A stretch of 64,000 bases of DNA, from NCBI RefSeq assembly GCF_009914755.1, contig NC_060937.1. One strand, 5' to 3'. The first letter of the stretch is position 1, and the number at the start of each line of letters is the position of its first letter. Below are positions 31,576 to 47,600 of the stretch, one piece after another. The DNA comes from the human T2T-CHM13v2.0 reference genome, Homo sapiens. The position numbers and the translations under genes were made by a program. A model generated the notes under the pieces. It ran no database searches, was not told where the DNA came from, and was given only the letters and a program-made list of their open reading frames with translations.

Positions 31576-32465
31576 TAGAAGGTGCCACGAACCTCAACTG
31601 GTTGCTGGATCACACTGTACCTGCTACAGTCCACATGGACACTCAGGAGGCTAGTGACCAGATGCTGGGCATGAGGCAGCCTCTGCTCATCTGCCACAGA
31701 AAAAGCTCAAGACCCCCAGGGGCAAACTGGCCTGCGGGCAGAGCAGGTACAGAAGGGCAGCCTCCACCTAACCACTACCAAACCGAGATCACTCTCACAG
31801 CCCTGGCTGCGCTGGGTCTAGGAACTGCAGTCTGTTGGTTCCAGCTTGTGCTGTCCTGGGAGGGACACTCGGAGGAAGGCGGAGTGGGTGTTGAGGGCTG
31901 ACCCATCCCATCCACCTTGCCTCCCCAGGCTTCCTACAATGAAGCAGCAATCCTCCTAAGAATTCAGACACTCCCCCGTCCCACACTCTCTTCCCCTCAA
32001 GCAAACCAAAGAAGGCTTCTCTTTTGTAGTGAAAATGCTGCATATCAGAGGACAGCTGGCTTTGAGACCATCCACGCTACAGCTAAGACTCGAGGGGCTG
32101 CTTCACTCTGGATCTCCACGCATAGCTTTTGATTCTGTGCCCCTCTATAAACATATTGTTTGGAGCATAAAGCTAATAGGAAAACCAATTACTGTGGTCA
32201 GTTGCTGAAACATCTCTTTAGAGAATGATGCTGACTCAGTGGGCTAGCAGTTACAGTGCAATCAAAGATAGAGCCAAGGAGGGTGGGCGGCATTTGGCTC
32301 AGAATCAAAGTCAGCGTTGGGGATGGGTCACAGCTGCAGAGGCGTTTCTGGGGCACTGGAATAGACCGCTCAAAACCGTGGGAGTTGTGGGGGCAAGAGG
32401 GGACCAATGGACCAGGCAGGGAGCGGGCACGAAAGCCACCGCCAACAAATCACCAAGGCACCTGC

Positions 32466-32690
<225 letters not shown>

Positions 32691-32848
32691 CTCTTCCACT
32701 TTTCACCAGTCAGCGAGCCACACCGCATCATTTGCCTGAGTGTCAGTGAGAAAGAGATCCATACCGACCATGTAGACTACAGCTGTCCATTGGCAGCCGC
32801 CCACAGCTCCATTTCGGCACAGTCCTCAATACTCACCATTTTCTTTCT

Positions 32849-32852
<4 letters not shown>

Positions 32853-32900
<48 letters not shown>

Positions 32901-33055
32901 CTGTCAGGGTCTCGCTCTGTTGCCCAGGCTGGAGTGCAGTGGTGTGATCATAGCTCACTGTAGCCTTGAACTCCTGGGCTCAAGCCACCCTCCCACCTCA
33001 CCTCAGCCTCCCAAGTATCTGGGACTACAAGTGCATGTCACCACACCCAGCTGGC
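32853..33055 (-). mobile_element. (GT)n microsatellite (32853-32896) as tail of an Alu right-arm monomer
   Basis: ~22 GT units, then CAGGGTCTCGCTCTGTTGCCCAGG. Confidence 0.88.
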
Positions 33056-33704
33056 TTATTCTTTTGAAGTTCCTCTAACCATAGCCTTCAGTGGTTTGGG
33101 GTGGGGGTCAATGGGGCATGGATAGTGCCCTGTGAAAGAACTGCTGTTGAGCTCCTTCATTCCCTGAGCGGTGAGGGGAGGTGGCAGCTGAGGATGACAC
33201 TCAGGCATGTAGTTTGGGAGACTGGCAGACGAGCAGGTTTTAGTGGGGCAGAGTCTAGTTTAGCTTTAAACAGATCGTGTGTGAGGTGACTAGGGGACAT
33301 GCCCAGGAACAATGATACCTACAAGCCTGCAACTTGAGACAGGTCTGAGTTAGGTACAGTGATGGGGAGTCACTAGCAGTAAGGTTCTGGTTTTTAGAAA
33401 GGATGAAGTGGATCACAATGTTACCATGGCAACAGGCAGTTGAGCTCGTTTTGGGGATGGAGGGTGAGGCAGGGCAAGTCCGTGAGTTCCATTTGATGGC
33501 TACCTTCTGGGGAAGTGAGCTCTAATCTCGGCTTTGCCACTTGATTGAGCCACGTACCTTCACAGCCTGTAAAGTGTATGTGAGGCCAAATTGTAAGCAA
33601 TGCAAAGACAAGGGATGACTATTGTTACTGACTTTGGACATATATAGTTCTATCTAACACCAAATGTACTAGAAGTGGGTAATACATATTAAGTATAAAA
33701 AATT

Positions 33705-34369
<665 letters not shown>

Positions 34370-35400
34370 TCACAAGTAACCGGCACTGAAAATTCTGAAA
34401 AATAAGGCTGAGTCAGTGTTGGCTCCTAGCTGCTTGAAGTTCTTATCTAGGGAAAAGCTACTGCAGTAATTATTTTCAAGAAGCAGAAGGGAAAAAGGAA
34501 ATGAATAATTAGGAGGAATTGAAGAGATGCAATTTTCTCTTTGCTCAAAGCTGGCGGATCAAGATGCCTCTTTACTGAGAGGATTTTCTTCCTGTTTAAT
34601 TTGCTTTTCTACTCCTCCTGAGTGAGTAGAAAAGAGAAGTTGTTAGGGGATGGGAAAAATAAACAGGGGAACAAGAGCGAAAAGAGGAAAAGAATGAAAT
34701 CATGTTTCTATAGAAAAGGCAAGTTACTGCTATTCTATCAGAAAAATAAAATGGAAAGAAATCACCAAAATCAACATGTAAATTTTGAGGAATGGGTGAA
34801 GATAGATTCATAATCCTTTTGGGAACCCCAGTGTCACAAGGGAAGCGTGTCTGTGCCTGTGCCTCAGTGAGAGCCCAGTCTCCTAGGTCCCCAGAGTGTG
34901 GCCTTCTCCCTCTGTCTCCATGCACTTCTCCTAATCTGAGCGTAGGACCAGTTAGCAAACAATTGCAATCCACTCCTCTTTGGCTTAAAGCTCATAAGTA
35001 GTTCCCTTTCACTGCCTTCCCTGGCCAGGCACTGGCTGGGCACCTTCCATTTGTCTAAGTGCCAGCTCGAGCCTCCACAGCACGGAGGGCTTCCAGGCTG
35101 GCCTGCAGGAGTACTGAAGCACCCTGCATAGACTCTCTTTGTGGGAGACACTGGAGAAAGGGCTCCCTAAAGGAAAGAGAGCTGTTGAAGTTTGGTGCCA
35201 GGGCTCAGAGCTTCTGGGAAGCTGACCTAGGGGGTGCCTGGTACTGAAGACAGAGCACTCCATGCTCCCTATCAGGGCACTTAGACGTTGGGTTGTAACC
35301 GTCCCCTCCTAGCCTGTGAGCTCAAGTCCCTCACTGTGCTCACTGCTGTACCCCTGGCATGAAGCACAAAGCCTCAAAGAGTGGGTGCTGAACACGCATG

Positions 35401-35520
35401 GGCTGGACAAGTGGATGAATGGGCTGGGTGACAGAAGAGGCAGCATTCTAAGAGCTGCTGGGCTGGACAAGCGGATGAATGTGCTGGGTGACGGAAGAGG
35501 CAGCGTTCTAAGAGCTGCTG
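35401..35520. repeat. 60-bp tandem duplication
   Basis: GGCTGGACAAG(T/C)GGATGAATG...TTCTAAGAGCTGCTG twice, 4 mismatches. Confidence 0.95.
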
Positions 35521-35521
35521 G

Positions 35522-36011
35522 TGTATCTAGAGTTTGTTCCTTCTGGTGGGTTCTTGGTCTCGGTGACTTCAAGAATGAAGCCATGAACCCTTCGCGGTGA
35601 GTGTTAAACCCTTAAAGGTGGTACAAACCCAGAATAAGCAGCAGCAAGATTTATTGTGAAGAGCAAAAGAACAAAGACTTCACAGCCTGAAACGGAACTG
35701 GAGCAGTTTGCAATGCTGGCTGCGGTGGCCAGCTTTTATTCCCTTATTTGTCCCCGCCCACATCCTGCTGATTGGTCCATTTTACAGAGTGCTGATTGGT
35801 CCATTTTACAGAGTGCTGATTGGTGCATTTACAATCTTCTAGCTAGACACAGAGCGCTGATTGGTGCGTTTTTACAGAGTGCTGATTGGTGCATTTACAA
35901 TCCTTTAGCTAGACACAGAGCACTGATTGGTGCGTTTACAATCCTCTACTAGACAGAAAAGTTCTCCAAGTACCCACTAGACCCAGGAAGTCCAGGTGGC
36001 TTCACCTCTCA
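35522..36011 (-). mobile_element. LTR12 (ERV9) solo LTR, short LTR12F-like form
   Basis: Minus strand begins TGAGAGGTGAAGCCACCTGGACTTCCTGGGTC; repeated CTGATTGG units; TG...CA ends with 4-bp TSD CTGG. Confidence 0.93.
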
Positions 36012-36499
36012 CTGGCACCTTTGTCACTCTACTGCCATCCTGAACCCAGCCTGAGCAGGGGAGGGCACAATGATATGGCCAATGGGAATGGAAAGAACAG
36101 CTCCTGGGGGGTCAGCAGGTTCCACAGCGTGGGAGGTGGCACCCATGTCCTCAACAGCACTGGATCTTTGGGTTTCTCCCATGGCTTCAGTTTTGTGAAC
36201 CCCGGAGGCTTTGGGCAAGTATTACTGGCCTTGTCTTCCCATCCCACAAAAGTAAGCTGGGCAGAAGGGGAGGAAATAGCAAACCCTGGGCCAAAGCTGG
36301 GGTGCTGTTCATGAGGATGTGAGGGTCCCTGCCAGGGGATGACCAGCGACTGGAGAAGAATTTGATGAGGAAAGAAGGCCCACATTGACCAATAAGGAAA
36401 TGCTGAGAGTTATTGTTCTGGGGAGCTTCAAATAAAGTCCAGTGGGGGCATGGCCTGGGAACACAGTTCAAACATAATAATATCTGATTTCTTTGTTTC

Positions 36500-36922
<423 letters not shown>

Positions 36923-37702
36923 ATTATCTCTAATTTGTAAAACCACCTTGCAAGGTAGGTGCCCTTTGTCACCCTCAATTTGCTATGAGGAACTGAAGTC
37001 TGAGAAGCTCGGGTTGCTTGCCCTGGTCGCAAGGCTGGTGAGCGGGGAGCTGAGCCTCACGCACAGGCTGCCTCTCCGTGATGGAGGCAGCCATACCCAT
37101 GGAGGTCACGCCCTGGAACAGAAACCCAGCCTTGCCCAGTCCATGACATTTGTTTTGTGAAAGCAGATGCTGTGGCATTGCCCTGGCATTGCATCCTTTG
37201 GGCAAAGTCTCAGTCAAAGGAGAGAACGTTGTAGTAAAGAAAGCAAGACAGAGCTTTCAACTCTCAGGCCTGGAAAAGCCTGCGCCAGGTTCCTCCTGTG
37301 CATAGAAACAGGGAGGCAAAGGAATGAGTTGAGTAATAAGCTCAAGGCTTCAGGTATTACAAACAGAAGCAATAAAATTGACGCTTGGCTGAGTTATCAG
37401 GAGGCAAAGAGGCAAAAATCCAATTTAAAAGATTATGCCAAATGGAATAAATCCAAAGTAATGGGATTGCTGAGCCTTAGCTGCCATAAAGGGAAACCAT
37501 AGCATGTCTTGGTTTACAAAAAAAATAATACGGAGGATAAACACAAGCTGATTTAGTGTTTGGACTTAGTGTTTGGGGAAATCGTTACTATTTTTCCAGA
37601 GAGGGCTATAGTCAAGGACTGTGCCTGCAGTGCAATGCATTCAATAAATATTTACGGAGAGTCCTCAGGCCTCAAGTGTTCTCGATGCACCCGAGCCAGT
37701 GG

Positions 37703-37866
37703 CGTGCTGTGTGTGCGTCTGGGGGTGCTGTGTGTGCGTCTGGGGGTGCTGTGTGTGTGTGTCTGGGGTGCTGTGTGTGTCTGGGGGTGCTGTGTGTGCG
37801 TCTGGGGGTGCTGTGTGTGCGTCTGGGGTGCTGTATGTGTCTGGGGGTGCTGTGTGTGCATCTGGG
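37703..37866. repeat. ~21-bp minisatellite, 8 copies
   Basis: (TGCTGTGTGTGCGTCTGGGGG)n with 19-22 bp variants. Confidence 0.93.
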
Positions 37867-38319
37867 ACCGGGCGCCACTCTTCTTCATATGGTGCTGCCT
37901 GAAACCCCACATCAGGTTTGTGGGATTTAGGAGGACTGGGGTGAACGAGATGTCTCTCATGGGAAGATGTGGATTTGGGAGGCACCACCCCAGCAGAGAG
38001 GTCTTTCGTGCCCTTAGAGGGGCCTTCAGCTGGAGGGAGGAAAGCTGGAGTCACTGCAAGAGAATCTCAAACACCATGACTCACGTTTGATTATACTAAA
38101 AGAGAAACTGCTTTGCAGGTCTGCTTAAAGATCTCATTGTGTTCCGCATAAGCAGTTTCGTTCTGAGGTGACCGAGATTTTGTAAGGCACAGTTCTTTTC
38201 AGTCATTAGTCTGCAGCACCCAGGATAGCCTCATCTCAGCTGTGGAACAGAGACCAAATGTTCAGACGCAGGCACCAGAAAGGGTGGTTCAGAAACGAGG
38301 TAAGAACAGCTCTGGCTCT

Positions 38320-38490
38320 GAGCGCTGTGAAGCACTCTGCTAAGCGCTTTATGCACTGTCTTTGTGTAGCTACTAAAAGTACCTCATCTGACAGATTCGA
38401 AGGCTGAAGCTCAGACAGATTCAGTAACTTGCCCAAGGCCACACAGCCAATGATTAGCAGAGCAGGGATAGCAGTACTTGACCCCTCTGC
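38320..38490 (-). mobile_element. MIR
   Basis: CTGAAGCTCAGACAGATTCAGTAACTTGCCCAAGGCCACACAGC. Confidence 0.78.
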
Positions 38491-39309
38491 TGTCTGGTCT
38501 CTCCTAAAGGGGGAGACTTTAAAGCTAGATAATCGGGGGAACAATTCAGCGAAACAAGTAGGGGTTTGTGCTAGTAAAGGCCACATCCAATTCTGGAGTT
38601 TTCTTCTCCTTTGTTTTCTGCTTATTCAGAGAAGAAGATAGTACAGACCTGACTGCAATTTCCCCACGCTCAAACAGTGTCTGTTACACACAACAAAAGC
38701 CTCAGTCTATGCAGATCAGGATCACTGACAGAGAATGTCCAGATGTGTGACAAGACAGAGACACAACCATAAAAGTGACATAGTGTCTCAGTAATGGTTT
38801 ATATAAGAAGCACAGAGGATATCATGTACAAAGAGGGATTTCTATTTGTCTCTTAAAACAAAAAAATTAGTAGTCCAGAGGAAGGAGACTCCCATGCCCT
38901 GTGACCCTGGTTGATAAAAAGAGCCGGTTGAATCAAGGTGCATGGGCAGATCTTGGTCCTGCTCAGAGCAGCCCTCCAGGCTGCTGCGCCCCACAGCCAG
39001 GCAAGCATTCTGCCCACTCACTGCTGCCGTCTCCCCGGCACCAGAAAGAACCAGCACAAAGAACTTTCCAACTTTTTGAGGATGGGCAGATAGGGAAAAG
39101 GAGTATCCCTTATGCTCTCCACTCCTTTTCCCTAACATCCTCATATCACTCTCCTCGGAGTTGTCACCATGAAATTCATTCATTCATTCCTTCATGCTTT
39201 GATTTGTTCCTTCCTGCATCCAGCCCCTGTCTATTCATGACTCAACATTCATGCAGCATTTAGTCTGTCAGATGCCATGCTCAGCCCTAGAGTTATAAAA
39301 ATGAATAAA

Positions 39310-40335
<1,026 letters not shown>

Positions 40336-41614
40336 CTGAATAAAACACAATCCCAGTCCTCAAGCTACTAATTGTCTAGAAATGAGATTGACGCATTAAA
40401 GGGTCTATGGAGGCTCCCTGCCTAGGGGCTGGGCTGGGCTGGCAGGGCCCTGGGAGGACTTCAGGGAAGAGAAACTTCAGCTGGATCTAAAAGGGAAATG
40501 GGAGCTGCCCCAGGTGGAGGACTGCAGGGCAGGAAGGCAGTTTTCAGTCTGAGGGAGCAGCCAGTGTAAACTGCACAGACAAGAAATCTCAGGCCCTTGG
40601 GTGGTCCAGTAATCCTCTGGCAACCCCGTGCTTCCAGATCGCCCCACTGCTGATCAAGCCAAAATCTACCATGGGATTATTCTTCTTCCAGACCGGTTCC
40701 CACCATGTCACTCTTCTGTTCCAACCTTTCGTGGCTTGAGATAAAAACCCCAATGTTTTGATTGGTGCCCAGGCACTGTGCAACCTGATCCCCACCTACT
40801 GCTGGGCAGATTTCTGCTACTACCCTTTAACCAGCACAAGCCTCTGAAAACTCTCAGCCAGGGATTGGAAACTGAAAGCCTCGGAACTCCAGGCGCTGGA
40901 AAGGTGGGAGGTGCAGAGTGGATGACAGCAGGACACATATGACAGCAGACTGCTGAGCTGCTCTGTGTGAGGACGCAGGGCTGTCCTGGAGCCTGTCCTA
41001 GGTTTGGTCCTGCTCCCAGGCCTTTGTCCAGCGCGCACCTGACATGGCCTCCTCTCCTATCCATTTCCTTTCCTCTCTTCCACACTTGCCTCCCATGGAG
41101 ACTTCCTAAAATACTTCTGGAAACAAACGCTCTCCTCCTTTCACACTAAAAAACAAATCTGTCTAAAACCAGGTTTATCTTCCTTGTTGAAACTAGCTCC
41201 TTCTCGGTTTTTCTGTCTCTGGGCATGGTCCTGCTATTCTTCCAGTCACTGAGGTCTAAAAACACACATTCCTCCTGTCTTGCCATCACCCTCAAACCCT
41301 GTATGTGCAAAGCATAAAACTGCAGGCCATAGTAGTTGGAAGGGACTTTGGATATTGTCTAATTTACTGGCCACAAATCCAGGCATCTCCTTTAGAGCAA
41401 CCTTTATAGCAATCAGATCTCTGACCAATGATCTTCCAGATTATTTTTCATTCTTCTCTAATTGCTTAAAAATTATTTATATTGAATGAAAATCTGCCTC
41501 CCTGGGCCCCTTTTGAAGTCTTCCTCTCCAGCCACACAGAATGAGTCTCATTTCTCTTCTAAACACATTTGTCATGGGATTCTTCACCTTCCTCCGCTTA
41601 AACATCCTTTCAGT

Positions 41615-41951
<337 letters not shown>

Positions 41952-42570
41952 CCCTTTCAGTATTTTTTAGGTGACTTTCCCATGACTATCTGGTTACCTC
42001 CTTTAACTCATCACGGTTCCTAATATGTAAACTGGGATTCAATTACATTCTGCTCAAACGACATTTCTTGGGTCTACTATGAGACAAGCAGCAGGTCAAG
42101 GTAATTCTGGGCATGAATTCGAGAGTGAGACTGACTGGGGCCAGATCCTGCCCCTACTGCCTACTGGCTAGACAATGTTGACATTCGGTGTCTTCCTTCA
42201 AGGCTGTGGGCAGTAAAAGGCTGAGAACAGAGTAACATCCAGTAAACATTCAATAGATGACTGTTCTTTTTCTTTTTGCACTTAAAAATATGCAACATGA
42301 AAAAGTGCTAATGATTGAAACTGAGTGACGCATATTTGTGGGTTTATCAAACTTAAAAACTTTATGTATGTTCGAAATTTTCTGTAATAAAATTAAAATT
42401 TTAAATGTCATATTAATTAGGTGAGATATACCTATTTAATATCTGGGGATATTATAGCAGCTGGGATACAAAAATAGTAAAAAAGTTCCTGCCAATACTA
42501 ACCTCTGAGTAAATAGGGGAGATATACATGTAAACCAAGAGTTTCAATGCAGCATTAGAAATGCAATGCA

Positions 42571-42689
42571 GGCTGGGCATGGTGGCTTATGCCTGTAATC
42601 CCAGCACTTTGGGTGGCTGAGGCAGGAGGATCACCTGAGGCCAGGAGTTTGAAACTGGCCTGGGTAACAGAGTGAGGCTTTGTAAAAAG
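42571..42689 (+). mobile_element. Alu left monomer
   Basis: Single arm preceding the purine tract. Confidence 0.85.
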
Positions 42690-42995
42690 CAAGGAAGGAA
42701 GGAAAAGAAAGAAAGAAGGAAGGAAGGAGGGAGGGAGGGAGGAAGGGAAAGAAGGGAGGAAGGAAGGAAGGAAGGAGGGAGGGAGGGAGGGAGGGGAGGG
42801 GAGGGAAGGGAAAGGACAGGACAGGGAAGGAAGGGAAGGGAAGGGAAGGGAAGGGAGAGGAGGGGAAGGGAAGGGAAGGGAAGGGAAGGGAAGGGAAGGG
42901 AAGGGAAGGGAAGGGAAGGGAAAGGAAAAAGGAAAGGAAAGGAAAGGAAAGGAAAGAAAAGAAAAGGAAAGGAAGGGAAAGGAAAGAAGAAATAG
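42690..42995. repeat. Polypurine tract: GGAA/GGGA, then AAGGG, AAAGG and AAAAG pentamers
   Basis: ~300 bp nearly pure A/G; (AAGGG)n at ~42831-42920. Confidence 0.96.
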
Positions 42996-43002
42996 AGAAG
43001 AT

Positions 43003-43388
<386 letters not shown>

Positions 43389-43559
43389 TCAGCAGATGAA
43401 TGCTACAGTGAGTGGGGCTGGGGGGTGGAACCACAGGTGTCTTTTGTTTTGGACGTTACCTTCCACCTCTTGCTAGGAGTGCATAGCTAATTGAATAGCC
43501 TGAATTGACTTGTGCCCATCTGGAAAGCCCAATTTGGGGTTTTTCACACATAATAATTT

Positions 43560-43760
43560 CTTGGGCTCTGGAGTCAGGGTGTCTGGATTCAAATCCCTTA
43601 CTTCCAATGACATAACCTCTTTGAGCCTCAGACTTCTTATCTCTGTTGGGGCCAATAACAGCACCTACCTTGTGGAATTACGAAATTAAGATATGGAGTT
43701 GAGCAGAGCATTTGGCATTGTGCTGGGCAAGTTGTTAAGTGCTCAAATGTTGGTTGTTTC
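43560..43760 (+). mobile_element. MIR
   Basis: GGGCTCTGGAGTCAGG...TTCAAATCCC...AACCTCTTTGAGCCTCAG...AAGTGCTCAAATGTT. Confidence 0.75.
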
Positions 43761-44310
43761 TTACTTCTTCACTCCGACTCCTACATTATTATTACAGGTA
43801 ACTCTTCTTCTATTCTGGAGTTTGTACGCAATCATCACCCCTCTTTAACCCCCACTTCCAGCAAGCACATTCCTGCAAGCCTTTCTTCTGATGGGAACTA
43901 GAAAGTCTGATTTGACAAGCTTTCCATTCCTTCTGCTACCTCGTTCCCTTGGGGAGGCTCCAAGTGACTGAGGGGCCTTTGGGCTGGAGGAGACAGTGGA
44001 ACATAGGACAATGGGAGGGGGTTAAAATAACTCATGCTCTTGAAAAGAAAAGGTAAAGTCAGGCCTTGGGTAATGTGTAAGAGGGAGATGTTTAAAAATG
44101 ACCCTTCCCTCTAGGGAAAGAGAAGAAAGACAGAAACTCCAGGCTCCACTTCTGCCGGTTTAGGGCCAGGCTCTGCTTTTTTGAGACTACAGCTCCACCT
44201 CGTGGCATCACCCGCACGGGTGTCTGTCTTGCTGTAGCCCACACTATCACTGTCTTCTTATAAACAAAAATTTGTCCATAATTTAAAAACTGAATGGAAT
44301 ATCTAACTTA

Positions 44311-44950
<640 letters not shown>

Positions 44951-45583
44951 TAATCATAATAATTTACTTTCTCTATCATAAAACACTGGAAACATAATGT
45001 TCATTCTTGTCCTAATGAGATTTTCATCTTGGGAAAACATTCTTTTCTGCAGGGGAAGATACTGTTTTGAAATTGCATTTCAGTTACTTACTTACACATC
45101 TGGTACTCCCTCCTATTGTATGGAAGTGCCAGTTTCTCTCATAAAAAATACCTCATGTTCTAGAATGATACCTGCACAGGTAAGATGCTCAACTCATGTC
45201 TTTCCTCCTCTTCCTGCAGACACACAGCAGGGTGTCCCATTCAAACCTAACCTTGTTCTTGCCTCAGGGGTCCTCCTTGGAATGCTCACTCTGCACCCAA
45301 GCTGGCTTTTCAGAGTCATTCAGAGCCACTCTAAGGGATCCCTTTTCACTGGGCCCTCTCAACTATAAAATCATCACCAGACATTTCATCTCCCTTGTAA
45401 CAGCTACACTCATCAGTGTAGCTGATTTCTCGTCTCCTTATTTCTCATCTGCCTCTCCCAGCTACCATGCATGCATCATTAACATTCCATGTTTGTTCTC
45501 TGCTTTCTTGGCAACAAATAGTGCCTGCACCTCGGAGGCACTCAGTACTTATTTGTTGAATGAATCAACTAATTCCATCTTTA

Positions 45584-45994
<411 letters not shown>

Positions 45995-46314
45995 TTAAGC
46001 CGTTATTTTGCAGGAAGCAGTGAGATGGTTGAACATATAGATTGGCATGTTTTCGAGGTGCTCACTGACTTTATTATTTGGCTCACTGAGCAGCTGTCCA
46101 ATGAGGCTGGGTTTAGATTGTTTTGGGAAGAGATTCATATCCTTCTCCAATTACCTTTTCCAAGTTAGTCAGCCATTGCTGGTCGGTTCCCTCCACTATG
46201 AAGTTGTGTGTGTGTTTGTGTGCTCGCACCCTGCCCCCATAACCCAGGTGCGGGCTGAGGAGAGGAAGCATGTTTTATTTATTATTTTTATTTATTTATT
46301 TCTGAAATTCAGTT

Positions 46315-46601
46315 TTTTTTTTTTTGAGAGGGAGTCTCGCTCTATCACCCAGGCTGGAGTGCAGTGGTGCGAACTCGGCTCACTGCAACCTCCGCCTCTG
46401 GGTTCAAGTGATTCTCCTGCCTGAGCTTCTGGGACTACAGGCACCCGCCACCACGCCCAACTAATTTTTGTATTTCTAGTAGAGACAGGGTTTCACCGTG
46501 TTGGCCAGGCTGGTCTTGAACTCCCGACCTCAAGTGATCCGCCCTCCTCGGCCTCTCAAAGTGCTGGGATTACAGGTGTGAGCCATCTCGTCCGGCCTCT
46601 G

Positions 46602-46653
<52 letters not shown>

Positions 46654-46750
46654 AAGGGGTCTTGCTATGTTACCCAGGCTGGAGTGCAGTGGCCCGATCA
46701 TAGCTTCCTGCAACCTCGATCAACCTCGATCTCCTGGGCTCAAGCGACCC
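46315..46750 (-). mobile_element. AluS (46315-46597), (GT)n (46604-46649) and Alu fragment (46650-46750)
   Basis: Antisense Alu bodies separated by ~23 GT units. Confidence 0.92.
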
Positions 46751-46829
46751 TAGAGGAAGGGCGTTTCAGTATGGGCACTTCTTAGGAAATCTTCGCTGCT
46801 TTGGAGACTAAAAGAGCCCAAAGGCAGGT

Positions 46830-47600
46830 AGGTGAGCCGCGGATACAAGCCTCCCTGTCTCCCTGTTGTTGCATACAGGTCTCACAGGAAACTAAGTGAG
46901 GAGTAGGGAGGGCAGTGGGTTAGGAACAGCGATGGCCAGCAGATGGCGCCAGGCCCCAAGGCATGACCCGCTGGCCGCAGGCGCGCCTAGGAGTGGCCGC
47001 GAAGCTAGTCCCCAAACAAAGCTGGAGCCAATGCGCTCTCTGGGGTCCTTCACATCCTGCTACTCAACGACCTGAAGGTAATCAGCTACTTCCTGGCTCT
47101 GGGGCTTCACCTTTTAATGAGCCTGGTTAGCCGGTTTTGTTTTCTTTTGGGGGACGTGCGTGTGGTTTGTGACCCCTTTTTCCGTTGGCTCTCAGAGTCC
47201 AGAGCTCCCCGGGGTCCGCCCTGACCCGTGGCTCCGCCTCGCCTCGCTCCCGCGCCCAGAGCGGCGCTCACAGGTCGGTCGCTGCCTGCACAGAGGTCTG
47301 TCCTGGACCTCTTAGGTTGGACTGTCCCCTCTCTCCCTGTCGCCGCTGCTGTTTGGGGACTTGGACGCCCCTCTGCAGAGGCGGGGGGCCTTGCCTCCGG
47401 CCCCATCTGACATCTTCCTTGAAGAATCGCTGCCTCACCTAGATGTCCTTTGGGTGGCGCAGTTCGTTGGCCTTCTAGGAAGGCTGGTTGCCAAGAGCAG
47501 GGCTTTTGCTCAGGGCCCCGGTGGCTGACGATTGTGTCCTGCGTGGGATAATCGAAAGTGTGCACAAGTCACTCACTGATCAGACGTCCCAGGGAGACCG
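46830..47600. promoter_or_regulatory. CpG-rich, repeat-free putative regulatory element
   Basis: Locally high GC and CpG (GGCGCGCC, CCGCGA, GGCTCCGCCTC GC-box-like, CCAAT near 47028) against a CpG-poor background. Confidence 0.6.
46933..46951 (+). promoter_or_regulatory. CTCF motif
   Basis: TGGCCAGCAGATGGCGCCA matches the CTCF core consensus CCASYAGRKGGCRS. Confidence 0.8.

Noticed and set aside
37556-38090. Cys/Val/Gly-rich ORFs
   Set aside because: Produced by the 21-bp minisatellite
47107-47565. 152-aa ORF in the CpG-rich element
   Set aside because: GC-rich sequence is stop-poor; no recognisable domain or supportable splice structure
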